Below, one piece after another: positions 17,875 through 26,171 of a stretch of 54,304 bases of DNA. Positions within the stretch are counted from its first letter, which is position 1, and each line of letters opens with the position of its first letter. Source of the DNA: Myxococcales bacterium (GTDB lineage: Bacteria > Myxococcota_A > UBA9042); contig JBBISH010000029.1 in assembly GCA_037441385.1 (NCBI GenBank), forward strand, positions 1 through 54,304, given 5' to 3'. The translations under genes were made by a program, and so were the position numbers. The notes under the pieces were generated by a model, which was not told the DNA's origin, searched no databases, and saw only the letters and a list, made by a program, of their open reading frames with translations.

Positions 17875-19416
17875 ATGGCCGAGATTACTGAACGCAACTA
17901 CCGAAGGCTGAACTTCTTTCGCGGCTTTCGCACCACCGAGAAGGACTGGAACGACGGCGAGCGCTACCACGTAGAAAAGCGCCGTCTGCACAACCGCATG
18001 ATGCACGGTCCGGGCCTGGTGCCGCACGCGCTGGGCGGTTTCCGGGTGTCGGCGCGCTCGCAGGGCCAACTGGCGGTGGAAGTCCAATCGGGCTACGCGG
18101 TCGACGGGCAGGGCAACGACCTGTTCCTGTGGGAACCGGAAATCAAGCAGTTCAACCCGAACGACTTCAAGCTGCCGGCGACCATTTACCTGGTGGCACG
18201 TTACATCGAAGAGTTCACCGACTTCATCTCGTACAAGGAAAACCTGGACTTCAAGGGCCACCGCAAGGTCGCCGAGTCCATCAAGATCGAGTGGAGCGTG
18301 ACCGAGCCCGATCTGCACACCGAAGTGGAGTTGGGCCGCATCAACGTGACCAAGGACGTCAAGCGCTTGCTGGACGCCAAGGACCCCTTCAACCCGCAGC
18401 CCAATGAGCTGGACCTGCGCTTTGTGCCGGTGGCGGGCATCGTCGGCTCGTTCCTGTCGCCGCAGATGCTGTGGGATCTGATGGAGATGGTGCGCCGCAG
18501 CAAGACCATCTACGCGCTGATGTACCACAAGCTGCACATCACCACGGCGTCGGACGTGCTGCACGCGTTCATCACTCTAGAGATGCTGCTGCACGCGCAA
18601 CTGGTGGATTTGCGGAACTTCTTCTCGCTGTACCTGATCATCTTGAACCACCAGTGGACGATGGTGCAGGACATCGAGCAGAACCAGCCGCAGATCTCGA
18701 GCCAGCGTGACTTCAGCAACTACAAGAAGCACGTGGAGATGAGCCTGCAGCGCTTTGAAGAGCGGCAGTTCTCGCTGGAATTCCTGGGCGGCCTGATGAG
18801 CTACGGCAACGAATGCCAGAAGTTCATGGAGACCATCTTTGCCAAGGAGCTCAAGGCGCCCAAGAAGCTCGAGGTCAAGCAGACCGACACCTCGACCGTC
18901 ATCGAGGCCATGAAGGTTCGCTCGGTCACCTTCGAAGAGCGGATGAGCATCGAAGGCCAGGACATGCTGCTGATCGATGCGATCAACCCGATCGACCCCG
19001 AAAGCGAGCGCGCCCACAACTTGCGCATCATTGGCGAGCGCGACAAGTACCGCACCCGCCAGAAGCTCAAGTACCCCGACGGCGTCATCGTCGAGTCGGC
19101 CGGTGTGGCCTTTGAGGGTGGGCAAATCGAGTACGAACTCAAGAACGTGGAGCCGGGCAAAGACGTGTACATCGTCTGGCGTATGGACTACGCCCACGGC
19201 GACTGGGAGGCCGAGGTCGAGGCCAACGACCGCCGCCAGGCCAACTGCATCTGCGCGGGCTCGGACCGCAAGAACCGTTGGCGCAACTGGGTCTACGTGG
19301 TGCCCGCCGAGCACGTGCGCGAGGTGACTCTGCGGATGAAGCTCAAGCCGATCACCGCCGGCCGCGACATCAACATGTTCGAACTGTGGGCTTACCAGCC
19401 CGTCAAGCGCGGCTAG
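17875..19416 (+). CDS. Putative CIS fibre/receptor-binding protein: baseplate-anchor N-terminus, helical middle, C-terminal beta-sandwich
   Basis: N-terminal 'RLNFFRG...DWNDGERYHVEKRRLHNRMMHGPGLV...VEVQSGYAVDGQGNDL' resembles eCIS fibre attachment domains. Follows the wedge genes. Confidence 0.65.
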   Translation: MAEITERNYRRLNFFRGFRTTEKDWNDGERYHVEKRRLHNRMMHGPGLVPHALGGFRVSARSQGQLAVEVQSGYAVDGQGNDLFLWEPEIKQFNPNDFKLPATIYLVARYIEEFTDFISYKENLDFKGHRKVAESIKIEWSVTEPDLHTEVELGRINVTKDVKRLLDAKDPFNPQPNELDLRFVPVAGIVGSFLSPQMLWDLMEMVRRSKTIYALMYHKLHITTASDVLHAFITLEMLLHAQLVDLRNFFSLYLIILNHQWTMVQDIEQNQPQISSQRDFSNYKKHVEMSLQRFEERQFSLEFLGGLMSYGNECQKFMETIFAKELKAPKKLEVKQTDTSTVIEAMKVRSVTFEERMSIEGQDMLLIDAINPIDPESERAHNLRIIGERDKYRTRQKLKYPDGVIVESAGVAFEGGQIEYELKNVEPGKDVYIVWRMDYAHGDWEAEVEANDRRQANCICAGSDRKNRWRNWVYVVPAEHVREVTLRMKLKPITAGRDINMFELWAYQPVKRG

Positions 19417-19503
19417 TGGTTGCGGACCCTGGTCCGCCATGCCATGCTTGTGTCACACGCCGCGTTGCCCACTGGACCGTAGCGGCGCTGGTCGGAGCGA
19501 GTT

Positions 19504-20145
19504 GTGAGCAACCCGATTGTCGATTTTTTCCGCAATCTCGGCCAGCAGCGCGTCGACGCCGCCGTCAACTCGGTCAACGCCAAGAAGATGGGCGCCATCG
19601 CCAAAGCCAAGTCGGGCGCTGCCAAAGAGTTCAATAAGGCCGTCAACGCGCCAATGAAGGCCGCCAAAGAGGCAGCGGGCGGCGCCAAGAAGGCCGCGGC
19701 CGACAAGGCCAAGCCCAAGGAGGGAGGCGACATGGGATGGTTTGGTAGGAAGAAAGCCGAGCCGATCGACGAGCCTGCCGAGGAATACGGCGGCGGCGAA
19801 AAGACCGTCGCGATCAACCTGAACGACATCAACCGCAGCACTTTCAAGCCGGTGGTGGGCTGGGTGGTGGTCCTCTCGGGCGAGCTCCGCGGGCGCGACT
19901 TTCGCCTGGTCGACGGCAAGAACACCATGGGCACGGCGGCCGACTGCGACGTGGTGCTGACCGACCCGTACTTGTCGAGCAAACACTCGGTGATCCGCCA
20001 CGAGAACGGGACCTTCACCGTCAGCGACCTGGACTCGACCAACGGCACCTTTGTCAACGACCGCCGCATCAGCCGGATGGACATCATCGACAACGACAAG
20101 ATTCGGTTGGGGCGCACGGAACTGAAGTTCAAGTCGCTGGAATGA
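19504..20145 (+). CDS. FHA domain protein with Lys/Ala-rich N-terminal extension
   Basis: 'GWVVVLSGELRGRDF', 'CDVVLTDPYLSSKHS', 'DLDSTNGTFVN', 'DNDKIRLGRTEL'. GTG start 19504; second in-frame ATG at 19732 with its own GGAGG SD. Confidence 0.85.
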   Translation: MSNPIVDFFRNLGQQRVDAAVNSVNAKKMGAIAKAKSGAAKEFNKAVNAPMKAAKEAAGGAKKAAADKAKPKEGGDMGWFGRKKAEPIDEPAEEYGGGEKTVAINLNDINRSTFKPVVGWVVVLSGELRGRDFRLVDGKNTMGTAADCDVVLTDPYLSSKHSVIRHENGTFTVSDLDSTNGTFVNDRRISRMDIIDNDKIRLGRTELKFKSLE

Positions 20146-20180
20146 TTCCCAATCTCAAGTTCCCGCCCAAGGAGCGAACC

Positions 20181-21716
20181 ATGCGCCTGCGCGCAAGCCT
20201 TACCAAGCGAGTCCTGTCCAGCCTGACGCTGCTGGCGATGCTGGGCAGCCTATTGGCGCCGTCGACGTTTGCCGATGCCGAAAAGCGCGTGCTGATCGAC
20301 ATCGTCGGCTACGAACCGTCGACCAAGACGCTGACGATCAACGCCGACATCTTGGACACGTCGGGCGAGCCGATGCCCAAGGTGGAGCCGGGCGACCTCG
20401 AGATCCTGTTGAACGGCCAAGCGCCTGAAATTACGGACATTCAGATCGAGACGGCCGAGAAGGCGCAGGAGCCGGTGGCGGTCTGCATCCTGCTGAACGC
20501 GTCGAGCGGCTATCAGCAGCAGGCGGGCGAGGCGCACTCGACCTTTGACCAAGAAAAAGAAGGCGCGTCGCGGCTGATCAAGACCTTGAGCGGCAACGAC
20601 AAGGTCGCCGTACTGCGCTACCGCGAGGGTCAGGCCCACGAGGTGGTGTACGCCTGGGCGTCGAACTTCAACCAGGCCAAGGACGAAGTCGACAATAACA
20701 AGGCGCCGCAAGGCCCCGAGGAAGGCAACGAGCAGCTCCAGGGCGCGCAAGCCAAGCAGAAGACGTTGGCGCCCGAGTCGCTGACGGCGATCGACAAGGC
20801 CATGAACTACATGGTCGAGAACGCCGAGAAGTTGAGCCAGGCCCGGCGCAAGTACCTGATTATCATGTCGGACGGCAAGAACCGCGAGACCGATGTCAGC
20901 AAGCTGCAGAACAAGCTCAAGGACATGCTCGAGCGCTACAGCGACCAGAGCATTCGTGTGTACGCCATCGGCTTTACCGCCGATGATCCCAAGTACCTGC
21001 CGCTGCTGCAAAACGTGGCCAACTCGACCGGCGGCGTGTATCGGCGTATCGAGACCGACAAGTTCATCAACATCCCTGGCGTGTGGGACTCGCTGGCGCG
21101 CCGCATCAAGAAGCAGTTCATCATCAAGGTCACCTTGAAAGACCTGCCGAGTAACGGCGACGTCATCAAGGGCAAAGACGAGATGAAGTACAACCTGGTC
21201 ATGAAGACCAAGTTGAAGGACGGCGCGACCGAAGAGGGCGTCTACAACGACATTCGTCTGCCGGCGCCTAGCATCAACTGGAAGAACATCCTGAAGTGGG
21301 TCGGCATCGTCGTGGGCGGATTGCTGGGCGTTGGCCTGATCATCCTGCTGATCGTGTTCCTAGCCCGTCGCAAGGGCGAGGCGGCGCCGGTACAAGTCGA
21401 GCGCAGCGAGAAGCCCGACGGTCCGCACCGCGGCCGCCTGTCGGTCATCGCCGGCCCGATGGCGGGCAACGAGTTCTACCTGGTCGACGACGTCACCACC
21501 ATCGGCCGCATCAAGGGCAACACCGTGGTGATCCCCGATCCCAGCGTGTCGAGCCGCCACGCCGCGCTGAAGATTGACCAGATGCGCTACGAGATTGCCG
21601 ACTTGAATTCGCAGAACAAGGTGCTCGTCAACGGTCAGCAGGTCCACAAGGTCTTCTTGAAGGACGGCGACCGGGTCAAGCTGGGCGACACGGAGTTCCA
21701 GTTCTGGCTCAAATAA
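20181..21716 (+). CDS. Membrane protein: signal peptide, vWA-like extracytoplasmic domain, TM helix, cytoplasmic FHA domain
   Basis: AAGGAG SD; signal-like 'LSSLTLLAMLGSLLAPSTFA'. vWA features 'VAVCILLNASSG', 'LIIMSDGKN', 'IRVYAIGF', 'LQNVANSTGGVY'. TM 'WVGIVVGGLLGVGLIILLIVFLA'. FHA 'TIGR...VSSRHA...DLNSQN.VLVNG'. Confidence 0.85.
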   Translation: MRLRASLTKRVLSSLTLLAMLGSLLAPSTFADAEKRVLIDIVGYEPSTKTLTINADILDTSGEPMPKVEPGDLEILLNGQAPEITDIQIETAEKAQEPVAVCILLNASSGYQQQAGEAHSTFDQEKEGASRLIKTLSGNDKVAVLRYREGQAHEVVYAWASNFNQAKDEVDNNKAPQGPEEGNEQLQGAQAKQKTLAPESLTAIDKAMNYMVENAEKLSQARRKYLIIMSDGKNRETDVSKLQNKLKDMLERYSDQSIRVYAIGFTADDPKYLPLLQNVANSTGGVYRRIETDKFINIPGVWDSLARRIKKQFIIKVTLKDLPSNGDVIKGKDEMKYNLVMKTKLKDGATEEGVYNDIRLPAPSINWKNILKWVGIVVGGLLGVGLIILLIVFLARRKGEAAPVQVERSEKPDGPHRGRLSVIAGPMAGNEFYLVDDVTTIGRIKGNTVVIPDPSVSSRHAALKIDQMRYEIADLNSQNKVLVNGQQVHKVFLKDGDRVKLGDTEFQFWLK

Positions 21717-21749
21717 CGCCGCTCCTCTCCCCGACGCCTTACGGCGTCT

Positions 21750-21792
21750 GCCCCTCTCCTCAACGCGCTGAGGAGAGGGGCTTTTGCGTTTT
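21750..21792 (+). terminator. Intrinsic terminator closing the CIS operon
   Basis: 13-bp perfect stem GCCCCTCTCCTCA/TGAGGAGAGGGGC, 6-nt loop, followed by TTTTGCGTTTT. Confidence 0.8.
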
Positions 21793-21894
21793 GGGAGGTT
21801 GGGTGGTGTCATCGGCCCGCGCTAGGGGCTTGAACCAGCGGCCCCCACGTGCCCGACCGGATGGGCGAGTCCAGCGGACTCGACCAAGTTGGGA

Positions 21895-21980
21895 CCTGAG
21901 CCTGAACCTGAACCTGGACCTGAACCTGGGACGACTCCGGTTCGGGGCTCCAGCTCCGGCTCCCGTTCGGGTTCCGGCTT
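21895..21980. repeat. Degenerate hexamer tandem repeats in inverted arrangement
   Basis: CCTGAG CCTGAA CCTGAA CCTGGA CCTGAA CCTGGG, followed by a tract whose reverse complement reads CCGGAA CCCGAA CGGGAG CCGGAG CTGGAG. Confidence 0.6.
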
Positions 21981-22008
21981 GGGAATCAGTGACTTGTGGG
22001 GTGCCGGG

Positions 22009-22131
22009 CTAGGCCTGCGGAGCGCGCTTGGTCGGGATCGCGTGCACGATGAGCCGCATCGCGAGGTCGGCCGTGGCGAAGGCCAGGCTGACGCCAGCAC
22101 CAATTGTTCCTGCCAAGATTGCCAGTTCCAT
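22009..22131 (-). CDS. Putative 40-aa hydrophobic small protein
   Basis: MELAILAGTIGAGVSLAFATADLAMRLIVHAIPTKRAPQA*, with GGAGGGG directly upstream of the ATG. Confidence 0.5.
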   Translation of the reverse strand: MELAILAGTIGAGVSLAFATADLAMRLIVHAIPTKRAPQA

Positions 22132-22249
22132 CGTCCCCTCCGCGCGCGCACCATGGTCGGTACGTGGCGAATGTAGATCCGCGGCGCGGCGCCGCAAGAA
22201 ATTTGGCGATCGCGGCAGTTGACCGAGTAATGCTAGTGGTATTCGCTGG

Positions 22250-23905
22250 TTATCGGGCTGTGGCCCGCAGCTCCTGACCCAAGGCGCGGCTGAGTGCGGC
22301 CACGCGGTCGTCCGACAAACCGATGGCCTCGTGCTCGAAGTGGGGGCGCAGGCGCCCCTGCTCGTCGCGACGCGCGCTGACCTTGACGGTGAGCTGAGCG
22401 TCGAGTTCGCCCCAACGCAACAGCGCGCGATCGGGCAACAATTCTGCGGTGGCAAAGGCCAGTTCGCCCAGCGGGCGGCCTCGCAGGCGCGCGGCGACGC
22501 TGGCCACGACCTGCTGCGCTTGGCGGGCCACCTGACCCTGCTGCGCCGCCTGCTGCTGCCAGCTGGCCTGGAAGCGCTGCCACGAGGCGGCCGTGGGCCC
22601 CGTGTCGCCCAGCGCGCTAGCGATGGCTGTGGCGAGCTCTTGGGCCCCTTGCAGCGCCGCCGCATCGGGCATCGGCGCCCGCAGCGCGGCCGCTTGCCAG
22701 CGCTCGGCGACCAGCGTGCCCATCGCGTTGGGCAAGGGGGCTCGCCCCGCACGCTGCAGGCGCCACAGCCAAGGGCCCTTGCGCACACTCAGCTGGCCGG
22801 CGCGCTCGTCCACGCCCTCGACCTGCAAGCCGGCCTCACGCAGGGGTTTTTCGGTGAGCACCGCAAAATGGCGGCCGTCGAGGTCGTGCTGCCACAGGCG
22901 CTCGGCGTCGACCGGTTGGAACTCGGCGTTGCCGAAAAACTCGCGGTACGTGTCGAACACGCCCGAGCAGCGGCTTTGGAACACGCACTGGCTGCAGCTG
23001 GGCAAGTAGTGCTTGTCGCTGCGTTTGTCGGCGTATTTGTCAAAGCCCTCTTGGGTGTTGCCCTGGCCGTCGGCCGCGACCGTCACCGTGTCGCCGCCGT
23101 CGTGGTGAATGCGGTGGCTGATGGGCAGGCCCGTGCAGTAGGGCAGGTTGCCAAAATTCAGGTCCCAGTCTGGCCCAAGCTGGCGGTCGACTTCGCGCGA
23201 CAACGCCAGGAACGCCTTGGCCATGTCGGTGTAGCGCGGCAGCATGCCCCGCAATTCGTGCTCGCTGCGTTCGCCCGCATCGCGGGGGCGCATGACGTCG
23301 ATGTGCAAGTTTTCGAGCCGGTATTTCTTGGCGATGTCGGCCAGATGCACCACCGACCGGTAGTTCGACTCGACCGCGCACATGTTGCCCGACAGACGCG
23401 CGCCTTGACCGTGCAGGATGGCAAGCGAGTCGAGAATCCGCTGAAAGGATCCTGGGTTCACGGTGGTCGCGTCGTGGCTGGCGTGGTCGCCACCCTGCAG
23501 CGAGAACCGCCACACCGTCCGGCGCTGGTGTTCCGGACCCAGCCGCGCCAGCAACTCCAATGTGCGCTGGCGAAAGCCCTCGCGCGGCGTCATCACGCCG
23601 TTGGTAAAGATCACCACTTCGTCAAAGTCGAGCTCAACGGCCGCTTGCAGGATCTGCGCAAACGAGCGCTGAATGGTCGGCTCGCCGCCAAGCAACGTGA
23701 TGCGCCCCGCGCCGTTTTGGCGCGCCTCGCGGATCTGCCGCAGGATCGGCTCGACCGGCAGCTGCGGCGCGCGGTCCTGCTCGCTAAGCTGGCCCGACAC
23801 ACAGAACACGCAGCGGTTGTTGCACAAGTGCCCAAGCTGGACTTCGACCTGGCGCTCGGGATGCGCGCCCAGCTCGGCAGCGGTGGCGGCGGGGCGGTCA
23901 GTCAT
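22250..23905 (-). CDS. Radical SAM protein (HxsC-like, with Cys-containing auxiliary motif and C-terminal extension)
   Basis: CNNRCVFC (CxxxCxxC), 'GGEPT', 'IFTNG', 'NLPYC', 'CSQCVFQSRCSGV...Y...FG..EF.P'. GGGAG SD before ATG 23905. Confidence 0.88.
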   Translation of the reverse strand: MTDRPAATAAELGAHPERQVEVQLGHLCNNRCVFCVSGQLSEQDRAPQLPVEPILRQIREARQNGAGRITLLGGEPTIQRSFAQILQAAVELDFDEVVIFTNGVMTPREGFRQRTLELLARLGPEHQRRTVWRFSLQGGDHASHDATTVNPGSFQRILDSLAILHGQGARLSGNMCAVESNYRSVVHLADIAKKYRLENLHIDVMRPRDAGERSEHELRGMLPRYTDMAKAFLALSREVDRQLGPDWDLNFGNLPYCTGLPISHRIHHDGGDTVTVAADGQGNTQEGFDKYADKRSDKHYLPSCSQCVFQSRCSGVFDTYREFFGNAEFQPVDAERLWQHDLDGRHFAVLTEKPLREAGLQVEGVDERAGQLSVRKGPWLWRLQRAGRAPLPNAMGTLVAERWQAAALRAPMPDAAALQGAQELATAIASALGDTGPTAASWQRFQASWQQQAAQQGQVARQAQQVVASVAARLRGRPLGELAFATAELLPDRALLRWGELDAQLTVKVSARRDEQGRLRPHFEHEAIGLSDDRVAALSRALGQELRATAR

Positions 23906-24020
23906 TGGCACTCCCAGCCGGCGGCGGCGGTCGCTTCAGCATACACGGGGCAGGCTGGCTCGCAACGGGCCGGTGCTTGGCCGCCCAAGAAGTGCTGGGA
24001 CTGCGCAGAGTTGGGCCTGA

Positions 24021-24512
24021 TCAGGCCGGACGCTTGGCCGCCAGCCACCGCTCGAGCACCAGCCGATTGGGCTGCGAGGGGCGCCGCTCGGTTACCTGCT
24101 GCCAGGCCGCGTCCAGCTCCATGCTGGCGTGCTGCACCAGGTAGGCGATGGCCACGGTTGGTGAACGGTTCACCCCGGCGCTGCAGTGCAAATAGACCTG
24201 ATGACCACCGCGGCGCAGCTCGTCCACGGCCGCCACCGCGGCATCCAGTCCCGCCAGAAGCGCCCGATCGTCAAAGTCGGTGATGGCGTGGCGCTGACAA
24301 GCCAGGCCCTGTGCCAACATGAAGCGCCACATCAGGTTCCACGACATGCCCAGATCGCTCAGGTCGCCGTCGGTCTGCACACTGAGCACGGCGCTGATCC
24401 CGGACCTGCGCAAATGCAGGATGCGCTCGGGCGAATTGGGGCACGGCCCCACCCACAGGCCTGTGGCGACTTCGTGGATGGTGAACTGAGAAGCTGCACT
24501 CAAAATGCCCAT
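24021..24512 (-). CDS. Dual-specificity protein phosphatase
   Basis: P-loop 'VYLHCSAGVNRSPTVAIAYL' (CX5R), 'GLWVGPCP', 'ITDFD'. Start uncertain (ATG 24512 or TTG 24503). Confidence 0.88.
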   Translation of the reverse strand: MGILSAASQFTIHEVATGLWVGPCPNSPERILHLRRSGISAVLSVQTDGDLSDLGMSWNLMWRFMLAQGLACQRHAITDFDDRALLAGLDAAVAAVDELRRGGHQVYLHCSAGVNRSPTVAIAYLVQHASMELDAAWQQVTERRPSQPNRLVLERWLAAKRPA

Positions 24513-25345
24513 CCGATGCGGGCTACCCCGCCGCCGCGTGTGCCACTGACCTGGATTTGGAACGGTCGCTCTTGCACCGGTGCTTGTTGGTCGAGCGTGT
24601 TCTTGAGCAGGACCGTGCCGCCGATGAAACCGGCCGCGCCCAGCGAAAAGGCGCCCCAGCGCCCCGCGTCGCCGCCGTAGTCCTTCCAAGTCACGGTCGC
24701 GTCAACCACCAGGGCCGCCACGACCAAGGCGCCGCCCACCGCGATGCTGGTCCAAGCCATGGTGACTCGGCCGCCTGGGTCGAAGCGTTCGAGCTCTGGA
24801 GTCACGGTCGCGATTTTGCCCACTTGCACGGCAACGCTTCCCTTCTGGCCCTGGTAGCCCACGCGCTGGACGACCAAGCTGCGGTCGCCGGGCTCAAAAT
24901 CGCCGGCAAAGACCCCGTCTTGCACGGGCAAGGCCTTGCCATCGACCTGCACCTGCGCATCGGCAGAGGCTTTGACCCGCAGCTGACCGCGGCTGACCAC
25001 CGCCACATTCTTGCGCTCGCCTGCCGCCAGGGTCAGGTCCAACTGGGCAACGGCCCGGCCTGCCTTGCTGGTCACGGCAACCTTGACTGTGCCCGCAGGT
25101 ACGTCCAGATCGTTGTCGCCCTTTTTCAGCCCCACCAGGCGGGGTTCGCCAGCGTCGGTGCGCAACTCGACGACCAGATCGTCCGCGTCGGCTTGGATGA
25201 CCAGGTGAGCGGCCTGCGGGGCTGTAGCTGTGGCGTCTGCGGGCAGGGCGGCCGGGTCGGCCACGGCTGGCACGGCCCACATCGCCGTCGACAGGCAGAC
25301 CAACTGCACTAGGCGACCGAATAAGAACTTGCAGGTTGGAAGCAT
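24500..25345 (-). CDS. Exported PEGA-like domain protein with C-terminal hydrophobic segments
   Basis: Signal-like N-terminus; 'GQLRVKASADAQVQVDG...PGDRSLVVQRVGYQ'; two C-terminal hydrophobic helices. Confidence 0.6.
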   Translation of the reverse strand: MLPTCKFLFGRLVQLVCLSTAMWAVPAVADPAALPADATATAPQAAHLVIQADADDLVVELRTDAGEPRLVGLKKGDNDLDVPAGTVKVAVTSKAGRAVAQLDLTLAAGERKNVAVVSRGQLRVKASADAQVQVDGKALPVQDGVFAGDFEPGDRSLVVQRVGYQGQKGSVAVQVGKIATVTPELERFDPGGRVTMAWTSIAVGGALVVAALVVDATVTWKDYGGDAGRWGAFSLGAAGFIGGTVLLKNTLDQQAPVQERPFQIQVSGTRGGGVARIGWAF

Positions 25346-25364
25346 CGCAGCGGTCCTTTCGCAA

Positions 25365-25988
25365 CTACTCGGGGGTGCGGGTCGGCGCCTTGCGCGCGGC
25401 CAAGATCGAGGTGCGCTTGTTCAACCGCTCGGCCAGCGCCTGCAGCCCAGAGAATTCGCTGATATCCACACCAAAACGCTCGACAATCGTCAGCGGGAGC
25501 GCCAGGGCCAGATCGGCCGGCGACAGGGCCTCGCCCACCAGCCACTGCCGACCACCCAGGATCTGCTCAAAGATGTTCAGCGTTTGCCGAATCTTCTGTG
25601 TCTCGGCGCGGTACACCACCATGTTCCACTCTTCGGCGGGTTTGCCGCCGATTTCGCGGTCCAGCTTGAGCATGGGTGGGAGCAGGGCCTCGTCGACCAG
25701 ATCTTCGGCCATTGCCACCCGCGCTTCGGCCAGTGGATCCGCGGGGATCAGTGGCTCGCCCTCGGCCAGGCGGTCGACGAAGCGGATGATGGTCCGCGAC
25801 CCGAACACCGGCCGGCCCTTGTCGGTCACCCACACGGGCAACTTGCCCAGCGGCGTGAGCGAGTAGAGCTCGGGGGGCGGATGGCCGCGCTCGACCAGGT
25901 TGCTGGCGTACTTGACCTCGCGCTCGGCCAAGAAGGCGCGCACGCGGAAGCAGTAGGGGCAGTCGTGGTAGTGGAACAGGGTCGGCAT
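25365..25988 (-). CDS. Glutathione S-transferase family protein
   Basis: 'LFHYHDCPYCFRVR', 'PLGKLPV', 'SRTIIRFVD', 'WLVGEALSPADLA'. Confidence 0.9.
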   Translation of the reverse strand: MPTLFHYHDCPYCFRVRAFLAEREVKYASNLVERGHPPPELYSLTPLGKLPVWVTDKGRPVFGSRTIIRFVDRLAEGEPLIPADPLAEARVAMAEDLVDEALLPPMLKLDREIGGKPAEEWNMVVYRAETQKIRQTLNIFEQILGGRQWLVGEALSPADLALALPLTIVERFGVDISEFSGLQALAERLNKRTSILAARKAPTRTPE

Positions 25989-26171
25989 GGCTCACCGCGC
26001 CGGCAAAAGGCGGACTCCCCGGCAGACATAGCAGATTTGCGGTCAAAGCGAAACCGCCGAACGGGCAACTGCAGGCCCATGCTTCAAATCGAATAGGCTT
26101 GTAGTCCGGCCGGCATGTCCGTACGCTACACGCGCTGAGGCTTGCGTACCCGCGCCCCGGCCGGAGCGAAG

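Noticed and set aside
3065..21716. Prophage or canonical T6SS interpretation of the tail genes
   Set aside because: No capsid, portal, terminase, integrase or lysis genes, and no TssJ/L/M, TssA, TssK or ClpV. The single-chain sheath and Afp7/9/11-like genes fit an eCIS-type system.
3019..21735. Similar ~15-bp sequences flanking the CIS locus (CGCTCCCTCCCCGAC at ~3019; CGCTCCTCTCCCCGAC at ~21720) as att sites
   Set aside because: Short, imperfect, C-rich low-complexity match with no integrase or tRNA nearby; more likely chance or REP-like remnants.
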